This document shows, one piece after another, positions 40,250 through 49,615 of a DNA stretch of 64,000 nucleotides (the first letter of the stretch is position 1; every line of letters starts with the position of its first letter). The stretch comes from Bacteroidales bacterium (GTDB taxonomy: Bacteria > Bacteroidota > Bacteroidia > Bacteroidales > PUMT01), in NCBI GenBank assembly GCA_007133565.1, contig SLMM01000088.1, positions 4,191-68,190 on the forward strand, given 5' to 3'. The notes beneath the pieces were generated by a model. The model saw nothing but the letters and a program-made list of their open reading frames with translations, had not been told where the DNA came from and searched no databases. The position numbers were made by a program, and so were the translations under genes.

Positions 40250-40426
40250 ATTATATATGACATCAAGGTGAAATGAGCCACCTCGAAAAATCCGAATGCA
40301 GGTATATTTATAACCGCATGGATTTTTGCATCAAAAATCAATAAACATTAAAACTTATTATAATTACAAAAAAACCACTACTTTTATGAAATGGTAAAAA
40401 AAGACTTAAAGTAATCAGCAGGAAAG

Positions 40427-40777
40427 ATGGATCATAAATTCATAAACCTTGATTATCTCAATGAAATGTCGGGCGGTGACAGAAATATGATCCTGGAAAT
40501 GATTAATATATACATTACGGAAGTTCCCGGATATGTCTCACGTATGGAAGAATATCTGGAGAGTGGCAATGTTGAAGCACTGGGCAAACTTGCCCATAAG
40601 GCAAAAGCTTCGGCATCAATTATGGGAGCGAACAAACTGGCAAAGGATCTAAGGGAACTCGAGCAGCTTGCAAAAGATGGCAAAAAAGTCAACCTGTATG
40701 GCGATTACGTGAAAAGAATTGCGGAGCAGTTCAACTTTTCCATAGAGGAGCTTAAAAAAGTTTCTGCTACCATCTAA
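40427..40777 (+). CDS. Stand-alone Hpt (histidine phosphotransfer) domain protein
   Basis: 116-aa ORF. LAHKAKASASIMGA matches the Hpt HxxKG/AxxxxxGA phospho-His helix. Confidence 0.7.
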   Translation: MDHKFINLDYLNEMSGGDRNMILEMINIYITEVPGYVSRMEEYLESGNVEALGKLAHKAKASASIMGANKLAKDLRELEQLAKDGKKVNLYGDYVKRIAEQFNFSIEELKKVSATI

Positions 40778-40787
40778 TATCAGAACA

Positions 40788-41126
40788 ATGCTTAAACCCG
40801 AGATTTCTGAAGGAGTAATTATTTACTCCTTCAGTCAGGAAAACAAGCTTAATGCTATGATTGCCGAAAAGGTCAAAACAGAGTTGGGTGTACATTTTGA
40901 AAAGCCGGGAACAAAAATGGCCATGGATCTTGGCAACATAACTTTTATAGACAGCCTGGGATTTGCAGCACTTCTCTCCGTTCTGAAAAAGGCCAGGAAT
41001 AATTCCGGCTTATTCAGGATATGCAATATCAGGCGTGATGTGCTGAAGATATTTTTGCTACTGCAGCTTCAAAACGTATTTCAGATTTATGAAACCCGCG
41101 AGGAGTGCCTTAAAAGTTTTTTGTAA
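40788..41126 (+). CDS. STAS-domain protein (anti-sigma-factor-antagonist fold)
   Basis: 112-aa ORF. NITFIDSLGFAALLSVL matches the SpoIIAA/RsbV DSSG region with the Ser retained. It starts 10 nt after the Hpt stop. Confidence 0.7.
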   Translation: MLKPEISEGVIIYSFSQENKLNAMIAEKVKTELGVHFEKPGTKMAMDLGNITFIDSLGFAALLSVLKKARNNSGLFRICNIRRDVLKIFLLLQLQNVFQIYETREECLKSFL

Positions 41127-41171
41127 CCTGCAGTGGAATTAATGCTTACACAGCCTGTGCCCGGCCCTTGA

Positions 41172-43766
41172 TCAATCCTTGTTCCGGAAACGCAGCTCAC
41201 CTTCAGAAGCATCAATTACAAGGGTTTTATCCCTGTCGAGGCTACCTGCCACTATCTGCCTTGACAACTCATTGAGTATATATTTCTGCATTACCCTTTT
41301 AACAGGTCTTGCACCATACTGTGGATCATATCCCATATTTGTAAGGAGATCCAGGGCATTACCGGTCAATTCTGCATTGACCTGACTTGATGCAAGCATA
41401 TTTTTCACCCGTTCAAACTGCAGCAGAACTATCTGGCGAACCTCATCCTTTTCAAGAGGTTTAAACATTATTATATCATCAACCCTGTTCAGGAATTCCG
41501 GCCTGATGATTTTCCGAAGCAGGGCAAAAACCTCTTTCCTCGATTTTTCAAACATCTCATCCCTGCCCAAACCATTCATCTTGTCATAATTCGCCTGTAT
41601 AATATCAGACCCGGCATTGGAAGTCATTATTATTATGGTGTTCCTGAAATTAACAACCCTGCCCTTATTATCGGTAAGGCGACCGTCATCAAGGACCTGC
41701 AACAAGATGTTGAATACATCAGGATGCGCTTTTTCGATTTCATCCAGCAAAACAACCGAATAGGGCTTTCTCCTCACCGCCTCGGTAAGCTGTCCGCCCT
41801 CATCATAGCCCACATAACCCGGAGGTGCGCCAATAAGCCTTGATACGGAGTGCCTCTCCTGGTATTCAGACATATCTATCCTTGTCATCAGGTTTTCATC
41901 GTCAAACAGAAACTCAGCAAGTGCTCTGGCCAGCTCTGTTTTTCCAACACCTGTCGAACCCAGAAATATGAAAGAGCCGACTGGTCGTTTCGAATCCTGC
42001 AATCCTGCCCTGCTGCGCCTGACTGCATCCGAAACAGCCTGCAAGGCCTCCTCCTGGCCTACCACACGTTTATGAAGCTCTGCTTCAAGTGCAAGTAATT
42101 TATCTCTTTCACTTTGAAGCATACGGCTTACCGGTATCCCGGTCCATCGCGATACTATTTCGGCTATATCTTCAGAATCTACCTCCTCACGGATCAGGGC
42201 ATCCTCTCCCTGAAGTTCCCTGAGGTCCTCGTTTAGTTTAACTATCTTTTCCTCCGCCTCTTTAATCCTACCGTACCTCAATTCGGCCACCTTACCGTAA
42301 TCTCCCTGTCTTTCGGCCTGTGCAGCCTCAGTCTTCATATTCTCTATAGCCTCCTTGTTACTTTGAATATCGCTTATCAGCCTTCGTTCATTCTCCCACC
42401 CGGCACGGAGCCTGTTCCTTTCCTCATTAAGGTTTGCAAGTGCTTCAGTAAGTTCTGATTGTTTCTTCCTGTCACCTTCACGTTTAATGGCTTCACGTTC
42501 AATCTCAAGCTGCTTTATCCTTCTCTCAATCTCATCAATACTTTCAGGAACAGAATTCATTTCCAGGCGCAGCTTGGATGCAGCTTCATCTATAAGGTCG
42601 ATTGCCTTGTCAGGAAGAAATCTTTCGGTAATATACCTGTGAGAAAGTTCTACAGCGGCAATAATGGCATCATCCTTTATCCTGACCTTGTGGTGCGCCT
42701 CATACCTCTCCTTGAGTCCCCTCAGTATTGAAATGGCACTCATCACATCAGGCTCATCAACCATCACTATCTGGAATCTCCTCTCCAGCGCCTTGTCCTT
42801 CTCAAAATACTTCTGATACTCGTTCAATGTTGTAGCTCCTATTGCCCTCAGCTCCCCGCGTGCAAGTGCAGGTTTCAGAATATTGGCAGCGTCCATTGCC
42901 CCTTCGCTTTTTCCTGCACCCACAAGAGTATGGATCTCATCGATAAACATTACTACCTCTCCGTCAGATGAAACCACCTCCTTTACAACAGCCTTAAGGC
43001 GCTCCTCGAACTCTCCCTTGTATTTTGCACCTGCGATAAGTGCCCCCATATCGAGCGAATATACCTGCTTGGTTAACAGGTTATCAGGAACATCCCCGTC
43101 AACAATCCTGTGGGCCAGCCCCTCGGCAATGGCAGTTTTTCCTACGCCAGGCTCCCCGATAAGTATGGGATTATTCTTGGTTCTCCTTGAAAGGATCTGG
43201 AGTATCCTGCGGATCTCATCATCCCTGCCGATAACCGGATCCAGCTTACCGGCATGCGCCATCTCATTAAGATTGTTGGCAAAACGGTTCAAAGCATTAA
43301 AGCTGTTTTCGGCCGACTGGCTGGTGGCACTTGCACCTTTGCGGAGTTCAGCAATGGCCTTTTTCAGATCGCCCGATGTTATCCCGTTGTCCTTCAATAC
43401 CTGTGAGACCTGATCGCCGGCAAGTAAAAGCCCGGTAAGAATATGCTCTATTGACACGTATTCATCTCCGGTTTCGCGCGACTGGCTGATTGCTTTCTGG
43501 AGTGCAGCCGAGGCTCCTGAAGAAAGGTACTGCTCGCCTCCCGACACCCGCGGGTAGGATTCAATTATCCTGTCAATAACACTGGAAAAGTTTTCGACAT
43601 TAACGTTCAGCTTCTTCAGCAGAAAACCTGTAACATGTTCATCGGCGTTCAGCAGTGCCTTCATTATATGCCCGGTTTCAACTGCCTGCTGACCGTATCC
43701 CGAAGCTATCGAAAAAGCCTGCTGAAGAGCTTCCTGAGATTTTATTGTGAAGTTGTTAAGATTCAT
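41172..43766 (-). CDS. clpB: ATP-dependent chaperone/disaggregase ClpB
   Basis: 864-aa ORF with a Clp N-domain, two AAA+ modules (GEPGVGKTAI and GSTGVGKTELA) and a long coiled-coil middle domain. Confidence 0.95.
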   Translation of the reverse strand: MNLNNFTIKSQEALQQAFSIASGYGQQAVETGHIMKALLNADEHVTGFLLKKLNVNVENFSSVIDRIIESYPRVSGGEQYLSSGASAALQKAISQSRETGDEYVSIEHILTGLLLAGDQVSQVLKDNGITSGDLKKAIAELRKGASATSQSAENSFNALNRFANNLNEMAHAGKLDPVIGRDDEIRRILQILSRRTKNNPILIGEPGVGKTAIAEGLAHRIVDGDVPDNLLTKQVYSLDMGALIAGAKYKGEFEERLKAVVKEVVSSDGEVVMFIDEIHTLVGAGKSEGAMDAANILKPALARGELRAIGATTLNEYQKYFEKDKALERRFQIVMVDEPDVMSAISILRGLKERYEAHHKVRIKDDAIIAAVELSHRYITERFLPDKAIDLIDEAASKLRLEMNSVPESIDEIERRIKQLEIEREAIKREGDRKKQSELTEALANLNEERNRLRAGWENERRLISDIQSNKEAIENMKTEAAQAERQGDYGKVAELRYGRIKEAEEKIVKLNEDLRELQGEDALIREEVDSEDIAEIVSRWTGIPVSRMLQSERDKLLALEAELHKRVVGQEEALQAVSDAVRRSRAGLQDSKRPVGSFIFLGSTGVGKTELARALAEFLFDDENLMTRIDMSEYQERHSVSRLIGAPPGYVGYDEGGQLTEAVRRKPYSVVLLDEIEKAHPDVFNILLQVLDDGRLTDNKGRVVNFRNTIIIMTSNAGSDIIQANYDKMNGLGRDEMFEKSRKEVFALLRKIIRPEFLNRVDDIIMFKPLEKDEVRQIVLLQFERVKNMLASSQVNAELTGNALDLLTNMGYDPQYGARPVKRVMQKYILNELSRQIVAGSLDRDKTLVIDASEGELRFRNKD

Positions 43767-43796
43767 ATATCTGGTTTTATCGCATTGGTATATTGT

Positions 43797-43829
43797 TATA
43801 TCCGGCCACTCAGTTACTATATCCGGCCA
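43797..43829. repeat. 12-nt direct repeat (tatatccggcca x2, 21-bp phasing) in the clpB upstream/leader region
   Basis: Identical 12-mers at 43797-43808 and 43818-43829. A third partial copy (tatccgg) lies at 43857-43863. The two full copies lie 31-63 nt upstream of the clpB ATG. Confidence 0.6.
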
Positions 43830-43945
43830 TGCAAGTACCCATCAAAATCATTGCCGTATCCGGAAGACCAGAAGATATATGCAATTTTGTCACTAACGCT
43901 AATACCTGAAGCGACATATTGGCATCAGGAATTCAGTTTTCCGGG

Positions 43946-45283
43946 CTACAATGTGGCAACACCCTCTTTCCACCTGCCTGACCTCAGGTATATCAGGGAT
44001 ATTAAAAAAATCAGTAATGCATAAAGGAATTCCACCGTCCATACAACGGCTATGGAGAACCCGAACCTGTTCGAAAAAAGGTAAGCAGTAACAATGTATA
44101 TAAATATTACGGAAATCTCAATGAAAAGGGCGACCTGGGTTTTGCCGGTACCAGAAACAGCATTCACAAAGACCATTGCAAAAGCAAAGCAGACAACCGA
44201 TCCGTTAACGACATAGAGAACCGGAAGGGTGCTTGCAGCAAGTTGAGGGTCGGCAGTGTAAATACTTATTATCTCACCGGGAAACAGCAGACCTGCAACA
44301 ACAAAAACCATTACCATAAGGAAGCAGAGCCAGGAAGTTTTATAAACAACTGGTATTACCTCATCTTTCAACCCTCTCCCAATCAGGTAACTTACAAGGG
44401 TATTTGAGGCTGCTGAAAAACCCCATATCGGTATCATAAGTATTACATAAACACTACGTATAATATTAGAAACCGCAAGCTCCGTCTCGCCCATCTTTTC
44501 TACAAATACAAAAAAGGCGAACCATACTGCAAGTGAGATAACATTCTGAACCATTATAGGGAATGACAGCTTAACAAGCCTCATCCAAAGAGCAGAACTG
44601 AAACCTGAAAAGCGAAATAACCCGTACTTTCTGATATCGGCAATCAGGGTAGTATAACAGATAAAAAACAGAGTAACAGAAAATTCAGCACAGACAGATG
44701 CTATTGCCGCACCTCTTATGCCCAGAGCGGGAAAACCCAGGTTCCCGAAGATCAGAAGCCAGTCGAGAATAATATTGACAATGGCCAGTAAAACGGTAGA
44801 CCATGTAATAACACGGGTTCTTGCAGTTCCAATAAAAAATGCATTAAACCCCATGTTTATGAACGCAAAGGATATACCATAAACACGAAGCTGCATGAAG
44901 TCATCCGCAGCCTCCAAAATTGCAGGGGAGACTATGATTGCTGAAAAAAATGCAGGCGAAAATAACCTGATTAGCACAAATATGATGAGAGATGATCCCA
45001 GGAGGGTAACGAGTGAGTGCTCCACCACAATCCCTATCCTGCCAGGCCTCTCCTCACCAGCCCTTCTTGCTACTATTATCTGGGTACCCAGTCCCAGTCC
45101 GTACCCGAACATTATAACCACCAGGTAAAATACACCTCCGATAGCTGCGGCACCAAGCGCTGTTTCACCCAGTCTGCCGAGAAATGCAGTATCAATAACA
45201 TTGATAAAGTTCTGGGCAATGCTGCCAAGGATTATCGGATAGGCTATATTCCAGATCCTCCCGCTTGTTATGTGTGTTCTCAT
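43946..45283 (-). CDS. MATE-family efflux transporter
   Basis: 445-aa ORF with about 12 TM helices and a MATE-like N-terminus (IAYPIILGSIAQNFINVIDTAFLGRLG). Confidence 0.85.
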   Translation of the reverse strand: MRTHITSGRIWNIAYPIILGSIAQNFINVIDTAFLGRLGETALGAAAIGGVFYLVVIMFGYGLGLGTQIIVARRAGEERPGRIGIVVEHSLVTLLGSSLIIFVLIRLFSPAFFSAIIVSPAILEAADDFMQLRVYGISFAFINMGFNAFFIGTARTRVITWSTVLLAIVNIILDWLLIFGNLGFPALGIRGAAIASVCAEFSVTLFFICYTTLIADIRKYGLFRFSGFSSALWMRLVKLSFPIMVQNVISLAVWFAFFVFVEKMGETELAVSNIIRSVYVILMIPIWGFSAASNTLVSYLIGRGLKDEVIPVVYKTSWLCFLMVMVFVVAGLLFPGEIISIYTADPQLAASTLPVLYVVNGSVVCFAFAMVFVNAVSGTGKTQVALFIEISVIFIYIVTAYLFSNRFGFSIAVVWTVEFLYALLIFLISLIYLRSGRWKEGVATL

Positions 45284-45330
45284 GATGCGGAGTGCCGGTG
45301 GTAAGTAACCGGACTGTGGGATTTCAGCTG

Positions 45331-46194
45331 TTACCTGAACCCTCTTTCTACCCTGTCATAAAATTCATCCTGAAGTTCCAAAGTTGCCTTATCATTCTTG
45401 ATCACTCTCAGGTTTTCAACAACCGTCTTAACATAATGGTCGGTTATCAGCTTTCCAAGTTCGTAGGAACCTGCAGACCCCTCTCCTGCATAGTGATTCG
45501 GATAACTGGCATACCACCATATACCCGTGTACAGGTTTGGCAGGTTCAGCCTTGCCTGGTTCTTCCCCGATTCATCATCCGCCCTCTCCTGGATAACAAG
45601 ATCAGGTCGCAGGTAAAGAAGAGTAGATGTTTCGCGTTCACCGGCATGGCCATCATATGAGGGATCAGACTTCCTCATCTGCCTGATCTTCTCGTTCAGT
45701 TCTGGATCGGAAGATGGTGTATGCAGGTATACTGCAAAGTCTCGTCTCTTTTCCAGTTGGGCCTGTATAAAATACCTGATGAAATTATTGTTTCCGCCGT
45801 GGCCGTTGAGAATAAGTATCCTTTTAAAACCGTTACGGGCAATCTCATCAACAGTTGCCTGCAGCAGTGACCACATCAGGTCGCTGGGTATCGTAAAGGT
45901 TCCGGGCTGGTGCATTGCCTCATAAACCTGGCCATAGATAAATTCAGGAAAGACAACGGCATATTCAATTCTGGCAGCACGCTCAGCCCACTCGCGGGCA
46001 TGGATGATGTCTGAACCCATAGGGGCGTGCGGACCGTGTTTCTCCAGAACACCCATAGGAAGAATGCAGGTATATCCCGATTTCTCAAGGGCTTTGTCCC
46101 AGTCACTGGTAACTAGTTCCTCCCATTTAACAGGCAGGTTTTGTGCTCCTGCAGAAAAAACTGCAATAAACATAAGGAAAACAACTAATCTCAT
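45331..46194 (-). CDS. Creatininase-fold amidohydrolase, exported
   Basis: LPMGVLEKHGPHAPMGSD and ILNGHGGN motifs. I chose the ATG at 46194, which gives a signal peptide (MRLVVFLMFIAVFSAGAQ). Confidence 0.75.
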   Translation of the reverse strand: MRLVVFLMFIAVFSAGAQNLPVKWEELVTSDWDKALEKSGYTCILPMGVLEKHGPHAPMGSDIIHAREWAERAARIEYAVVFPEFIYGQVYEAMHQPGTFTIPSDLMWSLLQATVDEIARNGFKRILILNGHGGNNNFIRYFIQAQLEKRRDFAVYLHTPSSDPELNEKIRQMRKSDPSYDGHAGERETSTLLYLRPDLVIQERADDESGKNQARLNLPNLYTGIWWYASYPNHYAGEGSAGSYELGKLITDHYVKTVVENLRVIKNDKATLELQDEFYDRVERGFR

Positions 46195-46462
46195 AATCTC
46201 AGTTTTAGGTGAATAATTATTTTTGTACAATTGCAATATAGCAATCAAACACAGATGATCCAAACAGTTAGAATAAAAGGGGACCGGAAAACCAAACGTC
46301 GGTGTAATACCCGGCCCTTCTTCAGTGCCAGAAGGTTGATTGGATTTGGCAAGTGAACCACCTGCTTTTAAAGTTGGGGTTTTTAAAATTATAATAAATT
46401 TTCTACTTTTAACGCCTTATCAACAGCACCCTTATAGTAATGCAACATCTCCATCTCAAAAA

Positions 46463-49400
46463 ATGAGCCAGCAGATCCTAAGAGCCTTGATGCAGCTTTT
46501 CGCCATCATTGCCCGCCCCGAAAGCAACAGGAAGGACAGGAGGTCGGTGGTCGAATCTTTTCTGAAAAGGCAGCTTGGTCAGGAACTTGTGAATGAATAT
46601 CTTGAGGTATTCGACAACTATTATGAAATTCACCAGGGACAGTCTGGTGAGGGGATTAAAAGAAAAAAGCGGACATCATCCAGTTCGGTTCGCGTTCTTG
46701 TAATATGCACAAAGATCAATGAAGAGCTTAACCAGAGGCAAAAGACCATAGTTTTTATCAATCTCCTCGAGTTTGTTAAGAGCGACAGTGAAATGATAAC
46801 CGAACAGGAACACGAATTCCTGAGTGCCGTAGCGGTGTCATTCAATATATCGGAGACCGAGATTGAGAACATGAAAAATTTTGTTCTCCTTCCCTTTGAG
46901 GATATACCGCGATCGGGGAGCATACTGATAGTGGACAACAATGCCGGATTTGACTGCGGGGAGACCAGGCACATTTACCGGGAAGGCATGGATGGCCAGG
47001 TAAGGGTGCTGGGGGTGCCTGAAGTCAACATGTACCTTGTACGCTACATAGGAGAGAGCGAGATGTACCTCAACTCGCAGTTGATCAATCAGGACAAGGT
47101 TTATGTATTTGACAGCGGCACCTCGATAAGAAACCCCAGGATAAAGCCGATATATTTCAGTGACATAGTCAGTACTTTCAGCCCGCATCTCACAAGAAGC
47201 AAAATAATTTTCGAGGCTCAGGACATTGAGTACCGATTCAGGGGAGGGGGAGTGGGACTTCAGCGACTGTCCTTTAAGGAAGAATCGGGTCGTCTTATCG
47301 GAATCATGGGGTCCAGCGGATCAGGTAAATCGACCCTCCTTAATGTTCTCAACGGCAGCCTGGAACCATACAAGGGCGAGATACTGGTTAACAACATTAA
47401 TATACACAAGGAACCGGAAGAGATTGAAGGTCTCATCGGCCACGTTTCACAGGACGACCTCCTGATCGAGGAACTCACTGTTTACCAAAACCTTTATTAC
47501 AACGCCAAACTCTGTTTCGACCATTATACCACCGATAAACTGGAAGAAACTGTCATCAGCCTGCTGCAGCAGCTGGGCCTATATGAAATAAGGAACATAC
47601 AGGTAGGAAGCCCCCTGAACAAGAAAATCAGCGGGGGCCAGAGAAAACGTCTCAACATAGCTTTAGAGCTTATCAGGGAACCTGCCATCCTGTTTCTTGA
47701 TGAACCCACATCAGGCCTCTCTTCAAGGGATTCTGAAAACATACTCGATCTACTGAAGGAACTTGCCCTGAAGGGTAAACTGATCTTCGTAGTAATTCAT
47801 CAGCCCTCTTCCGATATATTTAAGATGTTCGACAACCTGATAATACTGGATACCGGGGGGTTCATGATATACAACGGCGACCCGATCGACGCCATAATAT
47901 ATTTCAAATCGCATGTTCAGCATGCAAACTGGAATGAAAGCGAGTGCCATGCCTGCGGGAACGTCAATCCCGAACAACTTTTCAATATTATAGAAACCAA
48001 TGTCCTCGACGAATTTGGCAAGCAGACCCATACAAGGAAAATTTCACCCTGGGAGTGGGCCTATTACCACCTGCAGCATAGTCTTAACAATAAAAAAAAG
48101 TTACCTGTCCATATCGGTCTTCCGGAAATCTCGTTCAAGATCCCCAACAGGTTAAGGCAATTCCTTGTGTTCATAAAAAGAGATATACTGGCAAAGCTTG
48201 CAAACAGGCAGTATATGATAATCAACTTCCTGGAAGCTCCGGTGCTTGCTTTCCTGCTGTCATTCATAATCAAGTATCATGATGTGAATGTTGCCGGTAG
48301 CGGAAGCTATACCTTCTCAGGGAACCTGAATGTGCCGGTATACCTCTTTATGTCAGTAATAGTAGCAATATTTATCGGGTTGACAGTTAGTGCCGAAGAG
48401 ATTATAAAAGACCGAAAAATATTGAAAAGGGAAGCTTTCCTTAACCTGAGCTGGTCAAGCTATCTGTTTTCGAAGATTATAGTGCTTTTCGGTATTTCGG
48501 CTATTCAGGCCCTACTCTTTGTACTGGTTGGGAACTCAATAATAGAGATCCGGGGAATGTATTTTGAATACTGGCTTGTCCTTTTCAGCGCATGGTGCTT
48601 TGCAAATGTTACGGGACTTATAATATCTGACAGTTTTAAAACGGTAGTGACGATCTACATACTCATTCCGTTCCTGGTCATACCCCAGTTAATCCTCAGC
48701 GGCATTATCGTAAAATTCGAGGAGCTGAACCCTTCGATATCATCACCAGACCATATACCTTTTTACGGCGAGATAATAACAGCCAGATGGGCCTATGAGG
48801 CTCTTGCTGTATATCAATTCGCCAGTAATCCTTTCGAAAGGGAGTTCTACCCATACAATAAGGCCATGAGCCGGGCGGAGTATATGAATAATTTCTGGAT
48901 CAGGAACCTGCAAAATAAACTGGATTACTGTAAAAGAAACCTTGATAATGACGCAGCCGCCGAAAGGGTGGAGTCTAACTACAGGTTACTTGTCAATGAG
49001 CTGGGCAAAGAGCAGGAGGCCAACACTCAGGTGGAATCAGCCATGGATTTCTCCAAACAGTCAGGCAGCCGTCCCGGACCTGAATTCATCGAAATGGCAG
49101 GGGACTATCTTAACCGCCTGAACAGGTATTATATTCTTCTGTATAACAGCGCCAACAATGAAAAGGACCGGATAATATCAGAATACCACAAAACAGTTGA
49201 GGGGAGGGAGAAATTTCTCGAAAGAAGAAACAGGTATTATAATGAAGCCCTGAGCGACCTGGTAAGGAACTCCAGGGAGGTAACACGTATTGTAGAATAC
49301 AACGACAGGCTTCATCAGCGAATAGACCCGGTGTACCGCGACCCTGACGGACGTTTTATAAAGGCTCATTTCTATTCGCCGGTAAAACGCGTATTCGGGA

Positions 49401-49561
49401 CATCCTATAATACTTTATGGGTCAATATTTGTATAATATGGATAATGACCGCACTTTTATCTGCAGTTCTCTACTTCAGGCTGCTGAAAAGAATTCTGGA
49501 ATGGTTTGAAGACAAACCGGGGATTTTCAGTAAAGATGTCAATGCCGCCAAACGGGTTTAA
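46463..49561 (+). CDS. ABCG-type (NBD-then-ABC-2 TMD) transporter with a ~280-aa N-terminal extension
   Basis: Walker A GSSGSGKST (47309-47335), signature ISGGQRKRLNIALEL, Walker B ILFLDEPTSGLS, then about 6 TM helices and a ~230-aa C-terminal tail ending in one TM helix. I chose the ATG at 46463 rather than the TTG at 46340. Confidence 0.8.
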   Translation: MSQQILRALMQLFAIIARPESNRKDRRSVVESFLKRQLGQELVNEYLEVFDNYYEIHQGQSGEGIKRKKRTSSSSVRVLVICTKINEELNQRQKTIVFINLLEFVKSDSEMITEQEHEFLSAVAVSFNISETEIENMKNFVLLPFEDIPRSGSILIVDNNAGFDCGETRHIYREGMDGQVRVLGVPEVNMYLVRYIGESEMYLNSQLINQDKVYVFDSGTSIRNPRIKPIYFSDIVSTFSPHLTRSKIIFEAQDIEYRFRGGGVGLQRLSFKEESGRLIGIMGSSGSGKSTLLNVLNGSLEPYKGEILVNNINIHKEPEEIEGLIGHVSQDDLLIEELTVYQNLYYNAKLCFDHYTTDKLEETVISLLQQLGLYEIRNIQVGSPLNKKISGGQRKRLNIALELIREPAILFLDEPTSGLSSRDSENILDLLKELALKGKLIFVVIHQPSSDIFKMFDNLIILDTGGFMIYNGDPIDAIIYFKSHVQHANWNESECHACGNVNPEQLFNIIETNVLDEFGKQTHTRKISPWEWAYYHLQHSLNNKKKLPVHIGLPEISFKIPNRLRQFLVFIKRDILAKLANRQYMIINFLEAPVLAFLLSFIIKYHDVNVAGSGSYTFSGNLNVPVYLFMSVIVAIFIGLTVSAEEIIKDRKILKREAFLNLSWSSYLFSKIIVLFGISAIQALLFVLVGNSIIEIRGMYFEYWLVLFSAWCFANVTGLIISDSFKTVVTIYILIPFLVIPQLILSGIIVKFEELNPSISSPDHIPFYGEIITARWAYEALAVYQFASNPFEREFYPYNKAMSRAEYMNNFWIRNLQNKLDYCKRNLDNDAAAERVESNYRLLVNELGKEQEANTQVESAMDFSKQSGSRPGPEFIEMAGDYLNRLNRYYILLYNSANNEKDRIISEYHKTVEGREKFLERRNRYYNEALSDLVRNSREVTRIVEYNDRLHQRIDPVYRDPDGRFIKAHFYSPVKRVFGTSYNTLWVNICIIWIMTALLSAVLYFRLLKRILEWFEDKPGIFSKDVNAAKRV

Positions 49562-49563
49562 GC

Positions 49564-49590
49564 AAAAAAAATCCGGCCACGGTGGCCGGA
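49564..49590. terminator. Bidirectional terminator between the ABC transporter and the SiaC-like gene
   Basis: A8 tract followed by the palindrome tccggccac-g-gtggccgga (9-bp arms). On the minus strand the hairpin is followed by T8. Confidence 0.7.
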
Positions 49591-49615
49591 CAGGTAACTT
49601 GCGGGAAACGAAATT

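Noticed and set aside
40205-40426. Looked for a glycine riboswitch upstream of gcvT. Also looked for SAM (metX), THF (folP) and purine (guaA) riboswitches in the respective leaders.
   Set aside because: The candidate gcvT -7 box lies only about 40 nt from the ATG, leaving no room for an aptamer. None of the leaders shows the conserved cores I know, such as GGAGAG...CACCG for glycine. An Rfam/Infernal scan would be the decisive test.
46340-46462. N-terminal extensions offered by the ORF track: 46340 (TTG) for the ABC transporter, 11707 for metX, 46263 for the creatininase-fold gene, 55878 for guaA, 17030 for folP and 8722 (TTG) for ftsE.
   Set aside because: The extensions lack homology-like sequence, and some use non-ATG starts. 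Internal ATGs give canonical N-termini: MADGLFQVYHH for Met[12 protein letters not shown] for GuaA, and a signal peptide for the creatininase-fold protein.
46900-47200. Possible FHA domain in the ABC transporter N-terminal extension, by analogy with Rv1747-type FHA-ABC exporters. That would have linked it to the neighbouring Thr-kinase module.
   Set aside because: The segment lacks the FHA hallmarks (G-R ... S-x-x-H ... N-G pattern). I describe it only as an unassigned beta-rich module.
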